Virus record (IMG/VR): IMGVR_UViG_3300027892_002924
Span: 1 to 58,038 of that record
Length of the DNA: 58,038 nucleotides
Source of the DNA: a virus
Taxonomy: Duplodnaviria > Caudoviricetes
Strand: one strand, 5' to 3'
Position 1 is the first letter of the stretch; each line of letters begins with the position of its first letter. Positions 1-6,871 of the stretch are shown in pieces. Under the pieces are notes generated by a model. The model was given only the letters and a program-made list of their open reading frames with translations. It had not been told where the DNA came from and did not search any database. The translations under genes and the position numbers were made by a program.

Positions 1-510
1 AAACTGGCTAAGGCTAAAGTACCCAAAACCCATACGGCGACGAATCCAATTAAATTTATTGTTGAGTGTAAGAATAATGTCATATGCTTTGTCTCCTAAA
101 AATCCCAACCAAGGAGCAAGCCTTGTTATTCCATCAAACAAATCTCCGTGTACCACGAGATAGTGTCGGCCATCGGCACCTATGTGTTCTATCTGATTGT
201 GTATCTCTATCAGGCCAAAACTGAACCCATATGGTATCATTGGTCTTAAAAACTCATCGTGGTTGCCGGCAATGAATATCACTCGGGCGCCACGCTTGGC
301 ATGGCCTAGCACTCTGCGTACCACATTGGTGTGGCTCTGCTTCCAACGCCATTTGTTTTGCTGTATCTTCCAGGCATCTATAATATCGCCCACTAGATAC
401 AGTGTGTCGCATGAGTTGTGTTTTAAGAAGTTGTTGAGAGCCTCTGCCTTGCAATCTCGAGTGCCAAGGTGTACATCAGAAATAAAAATGCTACGATAAG
501 TTTTCTGCAT
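1..510 (-). CDS. LpxH-like metallophosphoesterase (UDP-2,3-diacylglucosamine hydrolase family), truncated at window edge
   Basis: Not in ORF track; manual translation from ATG at 510 gives MQKTYRSIFISDVHLG...LVGDIID...GNHD...VHGD, the calcineurin-like phosphoesterase motifs. Confidence 0.85.
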   Translation of the reverse strand, partial: MQKTYRSIFISDVHLGTRDCKAEALNNFLKHNSCDTLYLVGDIIDAWKIQQNKWRWKQSHTNVVRRVLGHAKRGARVIFIAGNHDEFLRPMIPYGFSFGLIEIHNQIEHIGADGRHYLVVHGDLFDGITRLAPWLGFLGDKAYDIILTLNNKFNWIRRRMGFGYFSLSQF

Positions 511-562
511 TGCAGTATTTATCGTAGCATTGTGTAAAAAAGATTACAGTTCTATTACAAAC

Positions 563-721
563 CTAAATCCTTACCAGTACCCACTTGGCTGTAAATGGTT
601 TACCTTCGGCCTTGTGTTTCGCAATCTTGCGGAATTCCTTCTCTCGAAGTTCCGCAATCTTTTTGGCATCGTGGTCGAAGCTCGCCTTGTACAGTTCCAT
701 TAACAATTTCTTCTGTTTCAT
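563..721 (-). CDS. small basic hypothetical protein (52 aa)
   Basis: Manual translation MKQKKLLMELYKASFDHDAKK...; SD AAGGAGG; TAAATA upstream. Confidence 0.7.
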   Translation of the reverse strand: MKQKKLLMELYKASFDHDAKKIAELREKEFRKIAKHKAEGKPFTAKWVLVRI

Positions 722-778
722 GGTTAGCCCCTCCTTGACAAGTATTTATGCAATTTTGCACACTTGCACAAACAAGTC

Positions 779-810
779 AAAAGAAAGCCCACTGCGTAGA
801 GTGGGCCTTC
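779..810 (-). terminator. Rho-independent terminator
   Basis: Minus strand GCCCACT-loop-AGTGGGC followed by TTTCTTTT after the 830..1165 gene. Confidence 0.75.
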
Positions 811-829
811 AGTGCGACAGCGTGATCGC

Positions 830-1165
830 TTAGGCAGTAGCAGTTGCCTTGGTAGACGCTTTAGTAGCTGGCTTGGCAGAAGCCTTGACAGTAACACCAG
901 CAACCTTGACAGTTGCGGAACCGTTGTACTTCTCGTCAGCGGCGTCAATCGCCTGCTTGAACTCTGCACGATTGTACAGCTCGGAAGTTTTCAAGAACGT
1001 AACCAGCTCAGGCTTGGTCATTGCACGGGGAAGATCCATAAGCTCGATCTCAGTGTGGCCAGTTTTAGCCAGCACCTTGACACGGGTCATGTCGTTCGCA
1101 AAGCGAACTTTGTATGAACCAGCAAGTTTCGAAACACCAGCAATTTTAAAAGATTTATCAGACAT
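830..1165 (-). CDS. hypothetical protein with Ala/Lys/Thr-rich tail
   Basis: ORF with AGGAG SD, own sigma70 promoter and terminator. Confidence 0.75.
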   Translation of the reverse strand: MSDKSFKIAGVSKLAGSYKVRFANDMTRVKVLAKTGHTEIELMDLPRAMTKPELVTFLKTSELYNRAEFKQAIDAADEKYNGSATVKVAGVTVKASAKPATKASTKATATA

Positions 1166-1217
1166 ACTAACTCCTGTTTAGGTTTAAAAAGTACGGTACA
1201 CCTTGTACCATACCATT

Positions 1218-1246
1218 ATTGTACTGCACTTTTGGACTGGAGTCAA
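1218..1246 (-). promoter_or_regulatory. sigma70-type early promoter
   Basis: TTGACT-17-TACAAT. Confidence 0.7.
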
Positions 1247-1275
1247 CCAGTTTTTGGTGGCAGTTTTACCAAATT

Positions 1276-1401
1276 TCATCGATTCATTTGTACCGCTTGG
1301 CGCTTGATGATGGCCACACCCTTGTCCACATAGTTGGCCACACCGTGTGCGCCAATTGTGGCAAGTACCACTCCAAGTACCACGCCAAGTAAAAAGTTCA
1401 T
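1276..1401 (-). CDS. small membrane protein (41 aa)
   Basis: Manual translation MNFLLGVVLGVVLATIGAHGVANYVDKG...; abuts upstream stop. Confidence 0.6.
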   Translation of the reverse strand: MNFLLGVVLGVVLATIGAHGVANYVDKGVAIIKRQAVQMNR

Positions 1402-1875
1402 TTAGGCCTCCACTGCTTCGTTTTCGAGCACTTCGCTCAGGAGCACCAGACGCTTGTAGAACGGGTCACTTTCGTGCATGCTACCGTAGAACCATTGACC
1501 ATTTTCCATGATGTAGTAGTACTCAGCACCGCACATGTTGCACTGTTCCAGGAAAGTTTCAAAGTTCACTGCCACTTTGTGCTCGGTGTGCTTCTCGCCG
1601 CGATCGCGGCCGTAAAAGGTACACATGTCTTCAGTCAAGGTCTTGAACGCTTCCACTTCTTCTTTGGGCACATCAAACTGGCTGAACGCATGCTTCTCGC
1701 CAATGTCACGGCGTAGGCTTGACAAGTCACCAAGTGCTACCAGCTGATTGGCTTGAGAACTGTCATAGTGCTCTTGCAGTATTGCACCATTATGTGCAAG
1801 ATAGCCATCCCAATGGCAGTAGATGCTTTTGCAAACTGTGCCATGCATGACTGCGATACGACTGTTAGTGCTCAT
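1402..1875 (-). CDS. conserved phage hypothetical protein (SIYCHWDGY motif)
   Basis: ORF with SD AAGGAG; motif familiar from phage early proteins. Confidence 0.8.
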   Translation of the reverse strand: MSTNSRIAVMHGTVCKSIYCHWDGYLAHNGAILQEHYDSSQANQLVALGDLSSLRRDIGEKHAFSQFDVPKEEVEAFKTLTEDMCTFYGRDRGEKHTEHKVAVNFETFLEQCNMCGAEYYYIMENGQWFYGSMHESDPFYKRLVLLSEVLENEAVEA

Positions 1876-1904
1876 TTAGAACTCCTTCTAATTACAATAC
1901 AACA

Positions 1905-1933
1905 AGTATAAACGAAATGGGTTTTTTGGTCAA
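1905..1933 (-). promoter_or_regulatory. sigma70-type early promoter
   Basis: TTGACC-17-TATACT. Confidence 0.8.
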
Positions 1934-1939
1934 CCGTTT

Positions 1940-2449
1940 TTAGTTGGTCCAACCGCCGCTCCAACGAACACTACCCTGTTGGTATGCATCACGTTCTGCC
2001 CAGATCTGCGCACGACGACCTTCTTCGTAGGCATTCTGTTCTGCACGAATCTGCGCACGGCGTTGAGCTTCAATTGCACCACGGCAGTATGCACGAGCCG
2101 CGGCAGGATTGTATTCACCTTTGTAGTAACCATCAGTCATACAGTTGTCTTGTATGGGTTGCTGATAGATCACCTGAGGCTGGCCCTGATACACAGGAGC
2201 CTGTTGTGGGTAATACACAGGAGGAGGACCTTGCACCACTGGCTGGGTAGGAGTAGACAATCTACGACCAATCTGGGCACCAATCACTGCACAGCCTGCG
2301 GTAGCAATCACACGACCGTTGCCGCCGCCAATCTGGTTACACAGGACCGCGCCTGTGATACCACCAATTGTTTCAGCAACAAAACTCTGAGCCTGAGCAG
2401 GTACTGCGGCAGAGGCAACAATAGCAAAAGCAATTAACGAGCGTTTCAT
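1940..2449 (-). CDS. secreted glycine-zipper (2TM-like) protein
   Basis: Signal peptide MKRSLIAFAIVASAAVPAQA; IGGITGAVL..IGGGNG..GAQIG glycine zipper; start reset to ATG 2449 with AGGAG SD. Confidence 0.75.
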   Translation of the reverse strand: MKRSLIAFAIVASAAVPAQAQSFVAETIGGITGAVLCNQIGGGNGRVIATAGCAVIGAQIGRRLSTPTQPVVQGPPPVYYPQQAPVYQGQPQVIYQQPIQDNCMTDGYYKGEYNPAAARAYCRGAIEAQRRAQIRAEQNAYEEGRRAQIWAERDAYQQGSVRWSGGWTN

Positions 2450-2479
2450 AAACTTCTCCTTTACTAACAATATGACTAC

Positions 2480-2508
2480 AGTATAGCAAAAAGGCCGTTA
2501 TTGGTCAA
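2480..2508 (-). promoter_or_regulatory. sigma70-type early promoter
   Basis: TTGACC-17-TATACT. Confidence 0.8.
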
Positions 2509-2680
2509 CCGGAGCAAACATCTCCTGGCCCAGTTGCATAAAAACAACAAACGCCTTCATTGTGTTCTCGCCGTACATCATGCGACCGTGCTTTTGGATG
2601 TCTTGCAGTGTTTCCAACAGGCCCATGCCTTGGAAGTCTGCTTCATTTTGTATTTGTTTAATTGCTGTTTCGATCTTCAT
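2498..2680 (-). CDS. hypothetical protein (60 aa)
   Basis: Start MKIETAIK with AAGGAG SD downstream of promoter. Confidence 0.75.
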   Translation of the reverse strand: MKIETAIKQIQNEADFQGMGLLETLQDIQKHGRMMYGENTMKAFVVFMQLGQEMFAPVDQ

Positions 2681-2710
2681 TGCTGGCTCCTTTTTGCTTT
2701 GTATGCCACT

Positions 2711-2739
2711 ATTATAGCAAATGGATCCATTCGGGTCAA
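2711..2739 (-). promoter_or_regulatory. sigma70-type early promoter
   Basis: TTGACC-17-TATAAT. Confidence 0.85.
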
Positions 2740-2753
2740 CCGTTTTCAGGCAC

Positions 2754-2801
2754 AAAAAACCCTTGATTTTACTAGGGTTTTTTGTAGTACTTTTGTTAAC
2801 A
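2754..2801 (-). repeat. repeated stem-loop/upstream element, copy 1
   Basis: TGTTAACAAAAGTACTAC-AAAAAACCCTAGTAAAATCAAGGGTTTTTT; near-identical copies at 5233 and 20599. Confidence 0.9.
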
Positions 2802-3251
2802 TCATTGGAACATGTAGTAAACCAGCCCAACCCACATCAAAACGCCCACGGGCTTGCTAAACGCAATCTGCCAGTCACCCGGGCTAGGCCAGCACTGAGA
2901 AATCACACTTGCCAAAATCCAAGTGATCAGCAGGCTGGACAAGGACCAGTCAAACTGCATGGTTGATGCAAACCCTAGAGCAAGAGGAAAAGCCAACAGC
3001 GGAGCCAGACCAACTGGCAAAGCATTCCACCATCCGACATTGGCAAACTCAACTGAGCCTAGCACCCTACTGCCATCACCCGGAGGAGATGGCATAATAT
3101 TGATGTTAAGAGGCTTGGCAAATGTAACTAGGCCAATCGTCCAGTGCATGAGTTCGTGTATCACAGTTCCGGGCCAGGCCAAGATCCAGAATAGCGGACT
3201 AGAACTGAACCAACCAATCGCACCTGCTAACAGTAGAATAGTGATTACCAT
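2802..3251 (-). CDS. membrane protein with HExxH motif (putative intramembrane metallopeptidase)
   Basis: PGTVIHELMH, several hydrophobic helices, SPGD motif. Confidence 0.65.
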   Translation of the reverse strand: MVITILLLAGAIGWFSSSPLFWILAWPGTVIHELMHWTIGLVTFAKPLNINIMPSPPGDGSRVLGSVEFANVGWWNALPVGLAPLLAFPLALGFASTMQFDWSLSSLLITWILASVISQCWPSPGDWQIAFSKPVGVLMWVGLVYYMFQ

Positions 3252-3285
3252 TTGAAAACCTCTTTAGTCTATTAAAAAGAAAAGC

Positions 3286-3681
3286 CTACCAAGAACTATT
3301 ATAAAACACTTTCATTCCAACAATCAACTCTGCACGAGCATCTTGGATAAATTTCAGGTCATCTGCCTTGTAGTGCTGATCAGCATCATTACCAAAGAAG
3401 AATCCTGAGGTAGACGGCAAGAGGCCTCGTTCCACCACATGCTCTAGCCTGTCTAGATCTTCGGCCGTGAGCTCCAGCTCGTCGCCGTTGAAATCACCTG
3501 AGTGACCACGTTCATTCCAGAGCCGGTGCATCCAGCCATGCAGGTTAGGATGCTTGCGCCAGTAGGCAATTTCACGAGGCTTGGCCACAGGACCTGAGTC
3601 CGTTTCGTAGTCATAACTCTCGTAGTACTCGCGCATTTCGTTTTCTTTCTTGGCCACATAGGCGTACATATCTAGTCCCAT
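3286..3681 (-). CDS. conserved phage hypothetical protein (MGLDMY...YWRK...YNSSW type)
   Basis: Recognisable phage family motifs; AGGAG SD. Confidence 0.8.
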   Translation of the reverse strand: MGLDMYAYVAKKENEMREYYESYDYETDSGPVAKPREIAYWRKHPNLHGWMHRLWNERGHSGDFNGDELELTAEDLDRLEHVVERGLLPSTSGFFFGNDADQHYKADDLKFIQDARAELIVGMKVFYNSSW

Positions 3682-3683
3682 GT

Positions 3684-3968
3684 TCAATCTCCTGAATCAA
3701 TTTGATGACGATCACCACAAAATTTGCAAGTGTACTCTGTAAGACAACGTCCTGCATTCTGACCAGTGTATTCATGCACACAAGGCTGTCCGCCAAAGTC
3801 CACGCTCACCTTGCCGCTGGGTCTACCCCACATATACTGTCCGCCACAGTTCTGGCATGCCAGCGTATCCGATTCTTTGTCATATCCTGCCAGTACATTT
3901 TTGTACTGGCTGTCTCCAGCAGGCACACGCCCACTGCCACTGCACACAGGACAAGTTCCTTTTTCCAT
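3684..3968 (-). CDS. zinc-finger protein
   Basis: CPVCSGSG, CQNCGG, CKFCG. Confidence 0.75.
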   Translation of the reverse strand: MEKGTCPVCSGSGRVPAGDSQYKNVLAGYDKESDTLACQNCGGQYMWGRPSGKVSVDFGGQPCVHEYTGQNAGRCLTEYTCKFCGDRHQIDSGD

Positions 3969-3969
3969 C

Positions 3970-4185
3970 TTAACTCCTTATAACCAATCCAAGTATATAG
4001 ATTGCCAACAAACCAAAATTAATGGTTACCAGGCTCCATTCACGAATGCGCCAACTCCAGATCAAATACAGTACTGCACCGAGATTCAACAACCAGATGT
4101 TGAGCGGATCTATCTGTAGGCTTGTGCATAGTGCGCCTGCCAGCGTTACTGCACAGGCTACCCATTTCAGCACCGTATCAATCAA
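3970..4185 (-). CDS. small membrane protein (3 TM)
   Basis: Hydrophobic ORF; likely TTG start overlapping upstream stop. Confidence 0.6.
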   Translation of the reverse strand: MIDTVLKWVACAVTLAGALCTSLQIDPLNIWLLNLGAVLYLIWSWRIREWSLVTINFGLLAIYILGLVIRS

Positions 4186-4393
4186 ACGCCACACCTTTAT
4201 CTTTCTTCTTACCTGTCCAATGATCCATTGTAACACAGACTCCTTCATGTTTCACACCATACGGTGAGTTCAGTACCGGCAACTGGGCCCGAACTGCTTC
4301 GCAATCCTTGCGGGTTTTGAACTCCACCGTGCGCTTGTCAATGAAGTCCCCCGACGGAGCCGACATTGCAATAACCAAGACCCATGCGTTCAT
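4178..4393 (-). CDS. small secreted hypothetical protein
   Basis: MNAWVLVIAM..F.T...C..C pattern. Confidence 0.65.
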   Translation of the reverse strand: MNAWVLVIAMSAPSGDFIDKRTVEFKTRKDCEAVRAQLPVLNSPYGVKHEGVCVTMDHWTGKKKDKGVAFD

Positions 4394-4394
4394 A

Positions 4395-4538
4395 TTAGAT
4401 TCCAGTATGTAAAGGGTTACGACGGCGCAGATGTGCGTTTGCGGCTTCTCGGCTGTCAAAGCGACCCGAGATTGGTGTCTGATGTGCGCCACGCACAATG
4501 TACCAACCACCTAGTATAGCATTATACACGACTTTCAT
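4395..4538 (-). CDS. hypothetical protein (47 aa)
   Basis: Manual translation MKVVYNAILGGWYIVRGAHQTPISGRFDSREAA...; TAATG coupling. Confidence 0.65.
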   Translation of the reverse strand: MKVVYNAILGGWYIVRGAHQTPISGRFDSREAANAHLRRRNPLHTGI

Positions 4539-4819
4539 TATGCAGACTCCAACATGTTGGCAGGAACTTTCCACAGGCCTTGCTGAGTGGCCACGGTCAC
4601 ATACTTGATAGCAACCTTGCTCACTGTACCAGTCATTGTGACACCACGTTTGACAGAGTGGAACTTGACCATGTCACCTTTGGTGAACTCACGAATCTTG
4701 GTTGCACGAAGCTGGGCACGGGCATACTGTACCGCATCGTTGATGCTGTTCAGCTGTTCGTTTGTAAAGTTACTGAACATGATAGAAGTGTTAACTTCTT
4801 GAATGGTTGCGTATGACAT
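4538..4819 (-). CDS. hypothetical protein, possible SH3/KOW-like C-terminus
   Basis: KGDMVKF...GTVSKV...WKVPANML; SD and promoter. Confidence 0.75.
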   Translation of the reverse strand: MSYATIQEVNTSIMFSNFTNEQLNSINDAVQYARAQLRATKIREFTKGDMVKFHSVKRGVTMTGTVSKVAIKYVTVATQQGLWKVPANMLESA

Positions 4820-4850
4820 CTTCGACTCCTTTTTGTTTAACTTAGCCTAA

Positions 4851-4879
4851 ATTATAGCAAAATGGGAAAAAACGGTCAA
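4851..4879 (-). promoter_or_regulatory. sigma70-type early promoter
   Basis: TTGACC-17-TATAAT. Confidence 0.85.
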
Positions 4880-4885
4880 CCGTTT

Positions 4886-5146
4886 TTATTCAGAAAATTC
4901 GTAAATCTGGACGCTAGGATCCAGGGCCAACAACTGCCCAGCCACTTTGGTGAGCATGCGATATTTGGCTTGCACCTGGCTACGTGGCAGTTCGCCATCA
5001 CAGCTCAAGTTCTCAGGGCTGAGGTCTGAGTCGATTTTTTGTGCAAGAGCTTGACGATCTGCAGAGTTGCTGAGATCATACTGACGAGATTTGAAAATAG
5101 CATTCCAGCTATTTTGCTGTTTGACGTATGCGTTGAGTTCTTTCAT
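4886..5146 (-). CDS. conserved phage hypothetical protein (LSPENLSCDGE motif)
   Basis: ORF with AAGGAG SD. Confidence 0.8.
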   Translation of the reverse strand: MKELNAYVKQQNSWNAIFKSRQYDLSNSADRQALAQKIDSDLSPENLSCDGELPRSQVQAKYRMLTKVAGQLLALDPSVQIYEFSE

Positions 5147-5176
5147 TGCTGGCTCCTTTTGTTTAACTTAGCCTAT

Positions 5177-5205
5177 AGTATAGCAAAATGGGTATTTCTG
5201 GTCAA
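5177..5205 (-). promoter_or_regulatory. sigma70-type early promoter
   Basis: TTGACC-17-TATACT. Confidence 0.85.
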
Positions 5206-5232
5206 CCGTTTTGTTTGTTGCAAAAAAGCCAC

Positions 5233-5279
5233 AAAAAAACCCTTGATTTACAAGGGTTTTTGTAGTACTTTTGTTAACA
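5233..5279 (-). repeat. repeated stem-loop/upstream element, copy 2 (also terminator-like)
   Basis: TGTTAACAAAAGTACTAC-AAAAACCCTTGTAAATCAAGGGTTTTTTT just after stop at 5282. Confidence 0.9.
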
Positions 5280-5281
5280 GT

Positions 5282-6871
5282 TTAGTGGAACATCAAAAAC
5301 TGCTTGGAGACGTCCAGTCTGCTGGCACCCAGATCCCCGTGCCCTGCCGGGAACACAACCACGTTCCACTTGGGCTTTGGACCCTCTGGAATACGATTCA
5401 TCTCATCGTAGGTGACAATGGTGCCCACATCCAGTTTGTAGATGTCTGCCAGCTTTTGTTTGAACTGATTCCAATCTGCTTCGCTCTTGACCTGTGTGCG
5501 GCCTTTTTCGTCCTTGACGTATTTGCCTTTGGCATCTGTCACAAACAGTTCGCGGAACATGTCTTTGGGCAAGGTCACAGCATCCTTCACGTGCCGGCCA
5601 GCATCACGTTGTACCTGTACTGTTTTAACTTCACGGCTCTTGGCGCCAGGACTGAACTGTCCAATGACATCATCTGGTTGGTCAGCTGATGCAATATCGC
5701 CCATCTTGGTGTAGAAATAGAACTTGCAATCTGGGTTCTGTGCCTTGACACCCATTACCAGGTCATAGTATTCTTTGGAGAAGAAGTCGCCGGCATCGTG
5801 TACACGAACCAAGAGTTTGATACCATTCTTGGTGGCCAGTGCTTTGGCCTTTTTAACTTCAGTGTCAAACATCTTCATGTAGTCTTCAGGATGATTGACC
5901 AAGAAGTTCAGTGCCTGTGCCGCACTCATTGAACTTGCAGGAAACATTACATATCCGCCCTTGCGAGCATAACAGTATAGTTGGCATTCGCCTGCACCCG
6001 GGCAGGTGGTAATTTCTACAAATTCGCTGGTCTCTTCATCCACCACTATGCCTGAAAGTGCTGGTAGCGTTAGATCATAGGTAATAGAGCCTTCTATTTT
6101 GCTCTTGGCCATTTTGGCATTTGTACCTAGTATAGCTCTTGGACGAGTGGTGATTTGACGGGCTAGGTCATCTAGGTCCCATTCTTCATTGCCATCGTTT
6201 TTGGTAATTGCTTTAACGTTGCTACCATGAATGATAGGTTTGAATCTGTCTTGTTTGGTTTTTGTACCTGTCTTGATTCTAGTCAAGTAATCCTGCATGT
6301 CTTGTCTGCTCCAGGACTTTTGTGGAGCATCTATTTTGATTGCTTCGTCGACTTCATCCACTGTGCCAAGATAGTGGTGATCATGTACTCGATAACCTTT
6401 ACGCTTGTGATGTGCAATCGCAGAATTGATTGCAGCTTCACGGCTGTCACTGGTAACACGCACTGATTTTTGGTATGTTTCTTTACGCTTTGACACCATT
6501 GGATGGTTAGGGTCAGTTACTGTGAGTCCAATGCGGTGTGTGACTGGTGCACCACCTTCAGCTGTGACCACAGGCTTGCCACTTTTTCCTGTGTTGGCAC
6601 CAAGTCCAGATACTCGGCCTTTGGTGTTGCCACGACCACCGGCTGAACCAATATGTGCCGAACCTTGCCAGCCTTCGCCTTTGCGTGGTTTAGCCGGTTT
6701 GAGTCGTTGTATTTCGCCACCACGTGCTAGGAATGCTGCCACAGCGTCATCGTCTTCCGCCATACCTTGCTCGTCGACTTCTTGCTCTGCACCGCTGGGT
6801 ACACTTGCAATGACCTTGACGTCAAATCCGCCTAGGTTGCGTGTGGTTTCTGTTAGTTCAGTATATCTCAT
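5282..6871 (-). CDS. modular protein with C-terminal GP88-like (radical-SAM-like Cys cluster) domain; putative internal head polyprotein
   Basis: Start MRYTELTE by ATGA overlap; LPA..TCPGAGECQLYCYARKG..RVHDAGDF..FYFYTK. Confidence 0.75.
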   Translation of the reverse strand: MRYTELTETTRNLGGFDVKVIASVPSGAEQEVDEQGMAEDDDAVAAFLARGGEIQRLKPAKPRKGEGWQGSAHIGSAGGRGNTKGRVSGLGANTGKSGKPVVTAEGGAPVTHRIGLTVTDPNHPMVSKRKETYQKSVRVTSDSREAAINSAIAHHKRKGYRVHDHHYLGTVDEVDEAIKIDAPQKSWSRQDMQDYLTRIKTGTKTKQDRFKPIIHGSNVKAITKNDGNEEWDLDDLARQITTRPRAILGTNAKMAKSKIEGSITYDLTLPALSGIVVDEETSEFVEITTCPGAGECQLYCYARKGGYVMFPASSMSAAQALNFLVNHPEDYMKMFDTEVKKAKALATKNGIKLLVRVHDAGDFFSKEYYDLVMGVKAQNPDCKFYFYTKMGDIASADQPDDVIGQFSPGAKSREVKTVQVQRDAGRHVKDAVTLPKDMFRELFVTDAKGKYVKDEKGRTQVKSEADWNQFKQKLADIYKLDVGTIVTYDEMNRIPEGPKPKWNVVVFPAGHGDLGASRLDVSKQFLMFH

